DNA from: the human T2T-CHM13v2.0 reference genome, Homo sapiens | Length of the DNA: 64,000 bases | NCBI RefSeq assembly: GCF_009914755.1 | Contig: NC_060926.1 | Direction: 5' to 3' (one strand) | In this document: one piece after another, positions 1-15,380 of the stretch | How positions within the stretch are numbered: position 1 is the stretch's first letter | How the letters are laid out: each line of letters begins with the position of its first letter | The notes under the pieces: model-generated | What the model saw: only the letters and a program-made list of their open reading frames with translations | What the model was told of the DNA's origin: nothing | Database searches by the model: none | Translations under genes and position numbers: made by a program

Positions 1-259
1 GGTGGAAGGGTCACTTGAGGCCAGGAATTTGAGATGAGCCTAGGCGACAAAGCGAGACTCCCATCTCCACAAAAAAAAAAAAAAAAAAAAAAGTTTTAAA
101 AATAAGCTACGCGTGGTATGCATGCTTGTAGTCCTAGATACTTGGGAGGGAGGCAAGAGAATCCCTAGAGCCTGGGATTTTGAGGCTGCGGTGAGCCGTG
201 ATCGTGCCACTTACTGCACTCCAGCCTGGGCAAAAGAGAGAGAAAACAACAAAAAAAGA
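1..259 (+). mobile_element. AluJ-like SINE, truncated by window edge
   Basis: End of left arm, expanded A-rich linker, right arm with GAGGCTGCGGTGAGCCGTGATCG (J-type). Confidence 0.9.
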
Positions 260-459
260 ACTAGTCAATGCGCATGCATTGGAAATGTTTTAAAAATGGG
301 CCTTCAAAGGAAAGCACATTATTTCCTTCATGTAGTATTGAATACAGTATTCCTAACTCCGGTAAGAAATCATGGTTTTTTGGACCGCAAACCATTGTTC
401 AGACACTTCCAGGAGGAGGTGAAATGCTCCTTTTTGGGGTGGCTTGTGTTGCTGTGCCC

Positions 460-478
460 TGCCACTAGAGGGTGGCAT
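460..478 (+). promoter_or_regulatory. Candidate CTCF motif
   Basis: TGCCACTAGAGGGTGGCAT closely matches the CCASYAGRKGGCRS core; motif match only. Confidence 0.45.
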
Positions 479-522
479 CAGCCAGGATAAATAACCATAA
501 TGTCTCACATTTCCGTCATTAG

Positions 523-918
<396 letters not shown>

Positions 919-934
919 CACCAGAAGCTTTAAA

Positions 935-1080
935 ATCTCATTTAAGCATCCTTACAAGCCCATGAAGAAGGTATTTGGAGGCTCAGAGTAGTTCAGGGGT
1001 TTGCCCAAGGTCACTCAGCTAGTGACTGACAGAGCTGGGGTTTGAACCCAGGTCTATTGGACGCTGACCCTGGAGCTCTT
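935..1080 (-). mobile_element. MIR
   Basis: GAGGCTCAGAG...TTGCCCAAGGTCACTCAGCTAGT...TTTGAACCCAGGTCT core. Confidence 0.85.
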
Positions 1081-1864
1081 CATTACCAGGACATTCTGCC
1101 TTCAGGGTCAAGGTCAAAGCGGAGATCTCACCCCAGGGCCCCTGACTCCAGGGCCCAGTTTGGCAGAACCAGCAGATCCCCAAGGACAGAGGAAAGCCAC
1201 AGCAACATGCACCCTGTGGGCTGCTGCTCTCTGACCAAGGGAAGCAAATGCAGTTCCCGGGCTTTTCTCGTCCAGCAAGCCCACTGGAACTCTGCCAAAG
1301 TGCCACTGGCTTTGTGTGCAAGGATTTTAGACTGCGCTGTGCACTACATGTGGCAGTCGCCCTTGCCTTGCCTTTCCCCTCGTCAAGGATGAAGGCTGAG
1401 CCTCTTAAAGAAGGTGTCAGAAAAAGAGCAGGTGCAGCTCCCCCAGGAAATACTGAAATGACATCAGAGCCAGGGAATTCCCCTTTAAGGCTTCTTCTCA
1501 GAATTCTTCAAGGGGTCCCTGTTTCTGTTAAAAACAGCCTTGCCCCTCCAGCTGGGTCTGACCCACCTGGTGCCACAAGGTGAGGGGCAGAAGGAAGGGG
1601 GAGCTGGCAAAGTCGGGGGAGACGTTCAGCTCCCCTTCCACCCTGTTCTCCACTCCAGGCATCTTGGATTTGGATGAAGTTAGAAGGACTAGGGATTTCA
1701 GGAAAGGGAATGAATAAAAGGCAAGGAAGAGATGCCAGAGTGGAGGAGGAGGGTCCTGAAGAAGAGAACGTCCTGCTCCCCAGCATGTCAGCTACTGCTC
1801 GCCGACCCTCCGATGGCTGGCGGTGAGCTGGGCTCTGAGCTTGAGCTCCTCTCCCCAAAACCGT

Positions 1865-1970
1865 GTGATGTATTGCCCCCATTTTACAGATGGAGGGCCG
1901 AGACTCAGGAAGGGTTATTACCTGCTCAAGGTCACATAGCTGGCTGATGACACCAAAGCAGGGTTCATCT
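1865..1970 (-). mobile_element. MIR
   Basis: CCCATTTTACAGATG...AAGGTCACATAGCT core. Confidence 0.8.
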
Positions 1971-3192
1971 GTGTGCTGTAGCTCCCCGTCCCCCGTGGCC
2001 TGAGTGCATCCCCGCGGGTTCCTGCCTGAGGCAGCCCCCAGAATGGGCCGACTCCACGGTCACCAACAAAGCGTGGCTCACATGCCCCTCTCCCAGCCTG
2101 GGCACAGCCAGTGCCCTGCGGTACATGGACTTGGAATTTGGCCAGACCTGGTCACATCCTCATTTTGTCTTTTGCCAGTTGTGGCCTCTAAACCCAGCAT
2201 TTCATTTCCCTGAGCTGCAGAGTTGTTATCAGAGTCATGGGAGGAAGAGGGGCCCTCCCCACAGGGTCAGGGATGTAGAGGGAAGATGGGTAAGGTGGCA
2301 CAAAGCAGTGTTTCCCACACTTAGAGGGGCACCTGGCCCTTCACTGAGGCTCTGCTCAGTGATCTGGAGTGGGCCTGGGAAACTGAACGGTGCCATGTTC
2401 CCCAGGAGTTTCCTTGATGTGGCAGATCTGGGCCTCCTCCTCCTGTCCATCTGTCCATCTGTCTGTCCTGGCCCCCAACCCCAAGAGGTCACCTCTGTGG
2501 GCTGTTCTTCTGGCCAGAGCTGGGGCTGCCCCTGAAAAGGCACCACATCTTCCAACACCAGGCCCACATCACATGGCAACTCAGTGGGATGCCAGCTCCT
2601 GAAGCCACGTGGGAGGCCACACTCCAGGGCGTGGGCACGTGTGGGTGAGGTACCAGAGCCACCATGGGTGCTTGGAAGGATTGGCCGCCACTGACCACTC
2701 TCTCAGATGAGCGCACACAGGAGGGTCACAAGCGGGGTGACCTGGAGCTGTTGTCTCCCACTGTCCTCTCCAATCTGCCCAGCCGGTTTTTCTCCAACCA
2801 AGCAAGGCCAGGGTGCTGTCTCTCCCCTTAGGGTCAGTTATTTCCCAGAAGAGTCCTCCATCTTTTATGCAAGTTGATTCTTGGTGGGGACAACCCATTC
2901 ATACTTTAAACACCCCAGAACATCCCTAAGCCCAAGGAGGAGGGACATATAAGAAGCCAAAGCTGGGACTCCTGCCACAAATCTCTCTCCACTTATCCTA
3001 GCTGCTCCCGGCAGGGCTGACCCCATCACAAAACCCAAACTGCTTCCTGCTCAGGTGTGAGCTGCCCCAAGGGCTGCACCCACAGCCCAGGCAACCCCAA
3101 GGTCTAACAAGCCCCATTCTGAGGCTAAGGGAGGGTGGGCTGGAGGAGTGGTGGCAGTGGAGAGGGGCTCAGAGGGGCTTGGGCACTGGGAC

Positions 3193-3731
<539 letters not shown>

Positions 3732-4923
3732 CGTTGTGAAGGACGGGAACAGAGGCAGGGGTGATGAGCGCGGCCGGGGCCCTGGAGACCAGGCTGGGTG
3801 GGAGCCCCGCGGCACCTCCCGTCAGCTGTGCAGGGTGGGCACTTCACTTACCTCTCAGAGCCTCCCATTTTGTGAAAGCCGCGTCAGTGTGCCTACAGGA
3901 CAGATAAGTGGTGGAAGGGATGGGCAGGGGCTGAGCACAGGGTCCTCAATGCCTTCCAGGATCCATGTTCTGTCCCCAGGAGAGGAGGAAAAAGGCCGGA
4001 GCCGAGAACATCCTTTCCCGGCACAATGCTGCGAGCTTGGGTGAGGCCGGTGAGCTCCTGGCAGGGGGAATGGCACACACCACGGCCCGTCAGGCTCCCT
4101 CCTCCTGCCTCCCTGAGCCTGCCTGGGCCCCGCCCTCCCCGCCCCCCGACAGATGTCTGGGCAGCTGTTTGCAACTTTTGGCCACCCCCCAGGAACTCCC
4201 AAGGGGCTCCTTGGAGTCTGCCCAACTCTTAGCCTGATTTCAGCCGGCTGTAGCTTCATTCATCATGCCACTCCATGATGCAGGCTCGGGGCTGTCCAGG
4301 CCAGAGGCCCCCGGTGCAGGCTGCTGTGGGAGACTGAGGGGAGGGGAGGGCTTGAGCGTTGCCTTCAGAGGCCCAGGCTCAGGGAACCGCTGACCTAACT
4401 CCAGTGAGCTGCCCATAGCTGCCTGTGTCTATCCTGCAGTCAGGAGTCCTCCACCCCCTTGACAGAAGCCTGGAGCCTGAAGCCCGGGCAGAGCCGTGCA
4501 GACAGCCCTGCCGAGAAGGCAGGTGGGGCAGAGACTGGGGAAGGACGTGTTGGCGGTCCTGCCAGATGCTGCGGTGAGGCCTGAGTGAGGAGGCACCTCC
4601 AGGAAGCCACTGGAGCGCGTCCCTGCAGGCGCAGGCTCTGGCCCAGAGTGGGACACGGTGGGCACCTCCCCTGCCCCAGAACTGCCTCTGAGTCAGCCCA
4701 CTTGGCAATACCCAGGGAGGCCTCTGCAGCAGGCATGGAGATGGGCCCTGGGTGCATACGGCAGGGTCATTGCTCATAAGAAGTTTACATGCAGGAAAAA
4801 GTAGAGGACAGAACGAATCAGTTGGTTAGAAAGCAGCGATCAAATAGAGGGTCCAGACAGCCAGTGAACTGACAGTAAGAAGAATCACTGCTCCATCTTC
4901 ATCATGCGCCGTGTGCCAGACAG

Positions 4924-5874
4924 TGTGACCAGTGGAAGGTATCCAAGTTCCCCGCGGCGAATCCGTACAGGTCTGCCGCAACCTCAATTCTTGCCTCCTC
5001 AGAAGAAAGAAGTCAACTGAGGGGCACGAGACAGAAAAAGAGACTGAGGCAAGTTTCAAAGCAGGAGTGGAAGTTTACTTTAAAATACTTTAGAGGCCAG
5101 GTGCAGTGGCTCACGCCTGTAATCCCAGCACTTTGGGAGGCCGAGTCAGGTGGATCGCCTGAGGTCAGGAGTGTGAAACCGGCCTGGCCAACATGGTGAA
5201 ACCCTGCCTCTACTGAAAAAATACAAAAACTAGCTACGTGTGGAGGCGAGTGCCTGTAATCCCAGTTAATCGGGAAGCTGAGGCAGGAGAATCATTTGCA
5301 CGTGGGAGGTGGAGTTGCAGTGAGCCGAGATTGCACCATTACAATCCAGCCTGGGCAACAAGAGAGTAACTCCGTCTCAAAAAAAAAAAAAAAAAAAGGC
5401 TTTAGAGCAGGAGAGAAAAGAAAGTGCGCTTGGAAGAGACTCAAGCAGGCACCGAGGTCAAGTGCAACTTTTAACCTTGACCCTAGAACTTTATAGACTG
5501 GCCCCTTTCCCATGATTCTTCCCTTAGGGTGGGCTGCCTGCATGCACAGTGCCCTCCTTTCCCTTGGGAGGTGTACGCATGCCTATCTGAGGCTTTCTTC
5601 CCTCTTCCGGTGGCGTGCCCCCGGAAGCTCATACTCTGCCATTTTGTCTCTTAATGTGCATGCCTGGGAAGTTGCCTCCAGAGCCTCTACATTTAATTAA
5701 TGCTTTAGTGCAACAGGTGTGGACCATCAGGAAATGGCCTCTCCCTGGCACCGGCTGCCAATTTGTCAGTTTTAGAGAGGCAATGTGATCATCGTGGAAC
5801 GATTACCCGACATTCCTGGGGGGTGGGGAGAGCCCTCTCCTGCCCCGCTCATGCCTGTCTAACTACCTGTAACA
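4924..5874 (-). mobile_element. ERV1 solo LTR, MER50-like, split by an Alu
   Basis: Minus strand begins TGTTACAGGTAGTTAGACAGGCATGAGCGGGGCAGGAGAGGG; TG...CA termini; 4-bp flanks ACAG/GCAG. Confidence 0.8.
5095..5397 (+). mobile_element. AluS (Sq/Sp-like)
   Basis: Full-length; GGGCAACAAGAG 3' end; TSD core CTTTAGA. Confidence 0.93.
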
Positions 5875-6201
5875 GCAGTGCATCGCGCACGCCTCGCTTT
5901 TGCCCTCATTATATCCTGATCGTAGCCCTCTGAGGAGGAAGCTGGGTGGGGAGAGGCAGAGAGAAGGGGGAAGGACCAGGAGATCGCAGTGGCCACACGT
6001 GAGCAGTGCTGCCAAGAGACCAAGAGGGCCAACTGCAGTGTCTGCAAGGGCACTGGTGTCCCCGTTAATCCTCCATGACCAGCCTCAAAGTCGGGGTAGG
6101 CAAGTCCAGGTGGAGGAATCTCACTAACAATGGCATGGGGTCTACAAAGTTCTCAAGGGTGAAGAGGGCCAGAGCACTTCCCATTCAAAAATGCTGCACC
6201 A

Positions 6202-6627
<426 letters not shown>

Positions 6628-6791
6628 TCAGATACATAGTAGTTCATATTTAAAACCAGGAAAGATAACATGGCTCCTTAGGGGAGGAGGCTTAAAGTAG
6701 ATATGAAAGAGATTGGAGCAGAGATATAAGATTACATCCCAAAGAGGGGGAAGGTGAGCGAGAAGAGCTCAGGAAAGGAAAAGAAGAGAGG

Positions 6792-7070
6792 GGCTGGGGG
6801 AATGGCTCATGCCTGCAATCCCAGTACTTGGGAGGCCAGAGGCAGGAGGACTGCTTGAGGCCAGGAGTTGAAAACCAGCCTGGACAACATAGACCCCATC
6901 TCTTTAAAAAAAAAAAAAAAGGCTGCTGATCATAGGATGCACACCTGTGGTGGCAGCTACTCAAGAGGCTGAGGTGGGAGGATGGCTTGAGCCTGAGAGC
7001 TCGAGGCTGCAGTGAGCTATAATTGTGTCACTGCACTCCAGCCTGGGGTAGAGTGAATACCCTTTCTCTT
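6792..7070 (+). mobile_element. AluJ
   Basis: Diverged dimer; followed by a T-run rather than an A-tail. Confidence 0.9.
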
Positions 7071-7150
7071 TTTTTTTTTTTTTTAATTTAACCAAAGAAG
7101 TGAATCAAAATGAAGAACTCTAGAATAGAGAAGCTTGACAAAATACTATA

Positions 7151-7458
7151 GTCTGGTGGTGACTCACACATGTAATCCCACCACTTTGGGAGGCTGAGAC
7201 AGGTGGATCACTTGAGCCTAGGAGTTTGAGACCAGCCTGGACAACACGGCGAAACCACGTCTCTACCAAAAATGCAAAAATCAGCTGGGCATGGTGGTGC
7301 GCCTGTAGTCCCAGCTGCTAGGGAGGCTGAGGTGAGAGGATCCATTAAGCCCAGGGAGGTCAAGGCTGTAGTGAGCCACTGCACTCCAGCCTGGTGACAG
7401 AGACTCTGTCTCAAAACAAAGCAAAACAAAAGCCAACCAAATAAAAAAAGCAAAAAAA
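7151..7458 (+). mobile_element. AluJ
   Basis: Diverged dimer with A-rich (CAAAA) tail. Confidence 0.9.
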
Positions 7459-7469
7459 CTCCTGTGATA

Positions 7470-8468
7470 TGTAGTAAATAATTTCACCTTGTCCAAAAAG
7501 AGGTCTGGCTTTTGCTTTCAGCTTGTGGGAGGGAATCCCTAAGCTCTAAGACTATCAGGCCTGATAGGAGTGTCTTTGTTTGCTGTGGGTCACATTGAAT
7601 AGCTAACAATGTGATTGCGGGTAGGGACTGGTCAAACCGGAAAGTCCAACAATGTAAGGTGGTGGCTTTGAGTCACTCCCAGAGGGGCTGCAGGCTAGAG
7701 ATGGAGACCAGCCTGTGCACCATCTGCCATGCTTACTCAATGAGGCCCAAGAAAAACTCTGGACACTGAGGCTCATGTGAGCCTCCCTGGTTGCCAGCAC
7801 TCCTATGTTCTGCTACACATGGATGCTGGGAACAGGAGGCTGACCCAACAGGGAGGACCACAGCAGCTGTGCATGGGGTAGTCCCCAGACACCCCCTGTG
7901 GGCATCCTCCCTTGGCTGATGCTCATCTGCACCCAGAAGTATAAGATGAGTCTTGCTGGGTGTGGCGGCTCACACCTGTAATCCCAGCACTTTGGGAAGC
8001 TGAGGTGGGTGGATCGTGAGGTCAGGAGTTCGAGACCAGCCTGGCCAATATGGTGAAACCCTGTCTCTACTAAAAATACAAAAATTAGCTGGGTGTGGTG
8101 GCATGCACCTGTAGTCCCAGCTACTTGGGAGGCTGAGGCAGAAGAATCACTTGAACCCAGGAGGCAGAGAGGTTACAGTGAGCCGAGATCGCACCACTGC
8201 ACTCTAGCCTGGGTGACAGAGCGAGACTCCATCTCAAAAAAAAAAAAAAAAAGGATGAGTCTAACAGCTTCCAGTTAGCTCTGTGAGTCTTTCTAGCAAG
8301 TTATCAAAACTGAGAGTGGTTGGGGGAACTAGTCTTTCCAACTTTGCAATTGGTATCAGAAGAGGTGGTCTTGGGAACCCCTAAACTTGTAATTGGTGTT
8401 GGAAGTGAGCACGGTTTTCTGTGTGGGCTGTGTTCCCTCCAACTTCACAGTTGGTTAAACTCTTCACA
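7470..8468 (+). mobile_element. ERVL-type solo LTR (MER77/MER21 group), split by an Alu
   Basis: TG...CA termini; AAAACTCTGGACACTGAGGCTC..GAGCCTCCCTGGTTG and TCTGTGAGTC.TTCTAGCAA motifs typical of this group. Confidence 0.7.
7954..8251 (+). mobile_element. AluS (Sg-like)
   Basis: Full-length; TSD core GATGAGTCT on both sides. Confidence 0.93.
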
Positions 8469-8504
8469 TGTGGCAAACATCTGAATATTTAAATATAAAA
8501 TTAG

Positions 8505-9605
8505 GACTTCCACTTCTAGGCTAGATGTTCTGGGGAAAAAATAAACTCCACTACAAATACCTAGACCTGTTGATTGAAACTAAACAAACATCTTTTAAAT
8601 GACTACCTGATTGTATAAGAAAGTAAGGAAACTCACAAAGGCCAAAACCGAAGAAGAGGCTGAAACCAGAATGAGAAATGACCCCTGATGCTGTGGGCTG
8701 CCCTAGAAGCACCTGGAAATATCTGAAACCTATAGTCACTGGTTTTAACAGCCATACAAAAGAGAGAAGGCAGGGCCCTGGGCCCATGCAGGCAAGATGG
8801 AGTGTCAGGACTTAGACTCTTGGAAAAGCTAGAATCCTTGAAGAGCTAACTCTTGGTAAAAAGGTGACATAGAAAAAGAAGCTAACAAGAAAGTGTGTCT
8901 ATCCTGGCTTCAGCTTTGGGTTAAAAAAAGAGAAAGAGAGAAGGAGGAGGAGGAGGAGAAGGGGGAAGAGAAGGAAGAGGAAAAAGAAGAGAGATATTTC
9001 ACTCTTCCTTCCCCCTGAAAATGTAAAGGCCATCCTCACGTGGATTTCGGGTCTGGATTTACACTCCCTGAAGAATATCCAAGCTGAGAAATATTTTAAT
9101 ATGTTTCCAAGATGGAAACAAGCACTCCAGGCCTCCTGACAGATCTCTCCAGAGGACTAACCCTCAGCCTAGGCCTGTCAGGATTCCCACAGACTGAGAT
9201 CTGCAAAACATGAGTTCACCATAAAAATTGAGCCTGCACAAGAGAAACAATCCATCATGAGCAAGTGTCAGCAGGAGCAGCAGATGTCAGAATTAGACCA
9301 CCAAAGATGTCACATTATGGGATTATCAGGAACAGGATTCAAAGTCATGTTTTCAATGTTTATGGGAGTAAAAGGGGAAATTAAACACACATGCAGGGAA
9401 CATAAAAGTATCCAAGATGACCTAACAGATTTGACACCAAATACATCTCAAAATGAAATATATAATTATTAAACTTTTTTAAAGTAAAAAATGGCATAAA
9501 CATCAGATTAGGCACATTTGCAAAGGAATTCATAAATTGAAAAAAAAAAGTTGAGAGAATCATCCATAAATGTAGCTCAGAAAGATAAAGAGATGGGAAA
9601 TGAGT
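8505..9605 (+). mobile_element. Old L1M 5'UTR/ORF1 remnant with internal purine-rich tract
   Basis: A-rich strand, GGACTTCCACTTCT start, ORF1-like coiled-coil region ending CAGAAAGATAAAGAGATGG. Confidence 0.55.
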
Positions 9606-9850
9606 CAGAATTCCTCTCCTGCCCTTCTGGAGAAGAGCCGTGAGCTGGATCATGTCCCGCAGGCAGATATGGATGGAAGAACAGACACTGAGCTGGAGGA
9701 GGCAAGAGTGCTCCCTCTGCCCAAATGATGCCTCCCTCTGCCCAGCCCGTATCCTTGAGAGGGAATAGGGGATAATGGGGTTGGGGTGGGGGGCACAAGG
9801 CTGTTCTCTGGGATTTCAATATCATGCTTCCCCTTAAAATTCTCAGAATG

Positions 9851-10177
<327 letters not shown>

Positions 10178-10777
10178 TCACCCTAAGCCTTTTGGGAAGA
10201 GATTCTGTTTCCAGTTTGTTCCCTGTGGGCAAAGCCTTTCCCCCTCTTGGATTCATCTGTGCAATAGCTGGATCTCTAAGGCCACTGCCAACTCTAATAT
10301 TCTATTCTGTTATGACATCCTGCGGTGACAGGTACGATATGTGCCCCACTGACTCACCTCTATACTCAGGGCAAGTCAGAGATCCCGGGATGCTTAGGAA
10401 GAGCCCTGCCTGTCCAAAACACAGTTTCAGTGCACAGCCTGAAACTCCACAATTACAGAGTCATTTATCTGGAGGTAAACATCATCCTAATTAGATTCCA
10501 AATTGTTTTTTTCTCAGAGGGGCTGGGTAAAGGATAAAATTAAAGTCATCATCAGTCACAACACCTCCATGTGAGTTATTTTAACAGTCTTTTCAACAAA
10601 GTCACAGCATGCGAGATGGATTTGACAGGAGGAGCAGAGGGGAAATGTGGTAGGTCAGTCACACCCCCAGGGACTGGGCCCTAGTCCCGAGCGTAGGAGA
10701 GGCGGAGCTGGAAGGTGAACCTTCCACAGCCTCGACCGTCCGTCCTCCCTCCAGCCTCTCCACAATTCAACACCTGC

Positions 10778-10797
10778 TGGCCAGCAGGCGGCAGTGC
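10778..10797 (+). promoter_or_regulatory. Candidate CTCF motif within a perfect palindrome
   Basis: TGGCCAGCAGGCGGCAGTGC, one mismatch to core consensus, in locally CpG-retaining unique sequence. Confidence 0.45.
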
Positions 10798-12644
10798 ACG
10801 GACGAAAATGCGCATCTCTGCTGGATTTCCCAGGAGCTCCTGGAGTTCAAATGGCTTCTTTTTCTGGTAGCCTCAGTGCTCAGTGTGGAGAGGCAGGCTG
10901 CAGACAGCAGGGACAGTGGGATGTGGGATGCACTGCCCAAGCCTTTGTAAGTCCGACCCTGGTGGTGGCCCCAGAAGCCAGGCTGCTGGACTGGGAGGGC
11001 TGCCTGGAAGATGGGGCACCTTCAAGGCTTGTCCTGCCTAAGGGTGAGGGGACATTTGAGGATGAAATGAGACGTCTGGAAGTGTCCCTAACCTTCCTGG
11101 GGCTGCCCCCTGTGAAGGTCAATGCTCGATGCGGGGGCTGGAGGGGGCAGACAGCTTCATGTGTCAGAGACCCTGGAGTGCAGGTGTAGCCCCTGAGCTC
11201 TGTCTGGGCACAGTGGCATGCTCATTGAGTGGAGAGGTGGCGTGGGTCCAGCTCAGCCTGGGGAACCAGTCTGAGGCCGGGTGACAGAGCCCTTCACTCT
11301 CTAAGCCTTGCTTCTCAGACCTGTTGAATGGCTGTGAGCACTCCCGGGGGGCTGATCCCCAGCCACTGTACTCTGCAGAGGTGAGCTTGAAATCCAGAGG
11401 GGCAAGGCTGCATGCATCCCATTCCAGAGTCCTCCCATCCTATTTGAAGTCCTCTCATCCCTTCCTATTTGGGGGGCTTGTTAGTGCTTCCAGGGTGCTG
11501 CAGGGCAATGGGTAGCCTGGCTCTGTACCAACACACGCAACAGCGCCCTGACTCAATGCCCCCTCCCTTGCCTTCATCTGGCCCAGGTAACCCTCTTGGG
11601 CGAGGGAGAAAAGTGAGCTGCTCAAAGAAGATACTTCCATCAGATACAGGCAAGCAGACACTTTCTATTTCTGCAGGAATGGGACTCCATCGATTCAGGA
11701 AGCCCACAGAGGCCAAGCCCACGGACTGCACATGCAACCCTCTGACTCCATCGCAGGGGTGAGGGACGTGCTCCCCCACATTGCCTTCCTATGGATTCCC
11801 CATGCCCACCCTGCTGCAAGGAATGATGCGGCAACACCGTGATCTACTGCAGTGTCTGCCAAACTCTCAGCTCACGGGGATCTCTGGGCGCTTGTTAACA
11901 TTCACATTCTCATTCCAGGGGAGAGCTAGGAACCAGTGTCTGGCAAGCACCCTACATGACTCTTACACTTAGGTCAGTTTGGGGCCACGTCCACCTAGAA
12001 GATGAAGGAAGAGAGGGAGCCTAGAGCCGTGAGGATTTTATTTCCACATAACCTAACCAGAGGCTGCCAATGGAGACTCAGAGCCAGCCCAGGAAGGAAG
12101 AAGGTAGGTCTTGGTGGACAACGAGCCAGTCTCAGTCCCACAGCCCCTGCCTGAACGGGCACGCTCTCTCCCTGCCTCTTCCCACGACCTGAGAGACCAA
12201 GCTTGCCAAGCTCCAAGGACTCTGATGGGCCCTATGGTCAGGTTGCTTGCCTGAGGCCTTTTTTCCTAACCCACAGGGTGATTGTGGTAGGAAGAATAAT
12301 GGCCCCCAAAGCTATCCCTGTCAGAATCCCTAGGTCCTGGCATATGTTACTTTGCAGGGCAAAAGGGACTTTGCAGGTGTGATTAGATTAAGGACCTGGG
12401 GATGGGGGGGTTATCCTGGATTGTTCAAGTGGGCCCAATCTAATCACAAGAGTCCTTATAAGAGGGAGGCAGGAGGGTCAGAGAAGGAGTTGAGGACATC
12501 ACGCTGCTGGATTTGAAGATGGAGGAAGGAGCTGTGAGCCAAGGGATATGGCCTTTCTTGCCCCCTAGAAGCCGGCACAGCCAGAGCCAAGGAAATGCAT
12601 TGTCCCCCAGAGCCTTCAGGAGGAACCAGCTCTGCCAAAACCTT

Positions 12645-13520
<876 letters not shown>

Positions 13521-13724
13521 CCTTGATTTCATCCCATTCAGACTTCTGACCCAAAGAACTGTACGATAATAAATGTGTGTGGTTTAAAGCTAGTGAGTTG
13601 GTGGTGATGTGTCAAATCAACAACTGGAAACTCATATGGTGACTTGGTTGGAAAAAGTTGCTCTCGTTATCGTCCCTGCCGAGTATGTGAACACTGGGAG
13701 GCAGCAACAATAGCAGCCGCTTAG

Positions 13725-13865
13725 AAGCCACAGGTCCCCCTAGCTCACACCCTTCTCCCTGTGTGACTTCAAGCAAGTCCTTCTCCTCTCTGAACCTCCA
13801 TTTCCCCATCTGTAAAATGGAGATGGTCACTGCATCCACATGACACCCTGTGTCTGGGAATTAAG
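13725..13865 (+). mobile_element. MIR
   Basis: CTGTGTGACTTCAAGCAAGTC...TTTCCCCATCTGTAAAATGG. Confidence 0.8.
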
Positions 13866-15312
13866 TGGTTTGCCCAGAGAACTTCTTTCACCTGAAACTC
13901 ATTTTTCACCCACCTGAGACCCAAAGTGCCCTGAAGAGAGACATAAGGAAGACAGGGCTTCCTAAGACCTCAGACCCAGCACACAGCCTCGGTCCCAACC
14001 TTGCCCAGGGGTGCACTAGGGGCATGTTGACGGAGCTGCCCTTGGATTTCCTACTGTGGCAGCCCATCTGCAGGATCATCACATCTGCCACCCACATCCT
14101 GGTGGTCCAGCGTTCGCTCTCGGGGAACAGTGGATCACAGCATCAAACCGTGGTTTCATGGAGCCACGGTTTCCAACATTATCCCGGTGCCTCCACTGCA
14201 CACGATGTTCTGGGAATCATTTACATTTTTTCCTTGTTCCAGAGCTAAGAAACCTCTGAATGGAGAGGAAGGTGACTCTATTCAAAGAGGCTTTCTGGGC
14301 TGGGAGCAGGATGGCATTGTCAGGGAGGTTCAGTCCTTTGGTTATAAGACGGCCTCTGGAGAGGAGGGCATGGGCGGAGGCTGGGAGAGGGGCTGGGGAC
14401 AGGCTGGCAGACAGGCCCCACTGCATCCTTTCAGAGGGCCTACTACCCTCTCTGGGGAGCCTGCCGTCTAAGACACACCATTTATAATCGGATAGAACAG
14501 TAGTGCACCTCTGAAGTCAGGCCGATCAGGGCGCAAACCCTGTTGGTGTCACCTAGCAGCTGGATGGTGTCAGGCGAGTGGCTTAAACTCTCTGAGCCTC
14601 CACTTTCTCAGTTGCAATTTTGTATAAATACACACAAGTCCCTCTGTTTCCTGTTCCAAAAAGAACTGGAAATTGAGACCTGCCCTCCATGAAAGGGCTT
14701 CTGATCTCAGAGGGAGGTTTGTGCAAGGTAGCAGGGACCGCTCTCTGAGGGATGGCTCCAGCCAGGCGGCTCCCTGTTCCGTCTGCAGGTGAGGCTGGCT
14801 GGGGGCAGCATCCCTGCAGCACTGAGGCCAGGACATCTCGCAGCTCCTCCCTGGCTCCTGGTGCCCTCTGCTGGCATCATCAGGAAAGAAGAAGGCAGGT
14901 TGGCAGTTCAGGGTCAAAGGAGAGTTCCTGAGGCTTGACATGGCCAGCTCTTTTCCCCTGGGACAGAAGCCTGCGATAGACAATTGGGGTAAGAAATAGG
15001 GACTGAGACTCCAACAGCACACACAACATCCTTCCCTGCCAAAGCAGGAATCCTGCCCTCTCCCTACAGCCACCCATTCAGCCTGCCCTGACATCTCTCC
15101 AAATCTACAGATTCTTAACCTGGTTTCTAGAAATATGCATACTGGGAGTAGGGTGTGGAAAGGGTGGGGTGAGCCCCTTCCCTCCCTCCAATCTCACTGT
15201 CCCAAAATCACTAGGCCGAGTCCATGGGTGTGACCAAGTATTGGGATGCTGCTCTTGGGGGAGGCTATTGCTCAGAGGGAAGTGATTTGAAAATCAAATT
15301 GGTGAGGCCAGA

Positions 15313-15380
15313 ACATTCCATTCTTCAGCTAAGCAGTTTCCAACCAGGGCATGCAAATGAGCCATCTGAGGCATAAAAGC
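15313..15380 (+). promoter_or_regulatory. Candidate promoter: TEAD-like site, octamer, TATA-like box
   Basis: ACATTCCA 15313-15320, ATGCAAAT 15351-15358, CATAAAAG 15372-15379 in unique sequence; motifs only. Confidence 0.35.

Noticed and set aside
3990-4260. GC-rich patch with GC boxes as a CpG-island promoter
   Set aside because: Too short and too CpG-poor by eye; no linked exon
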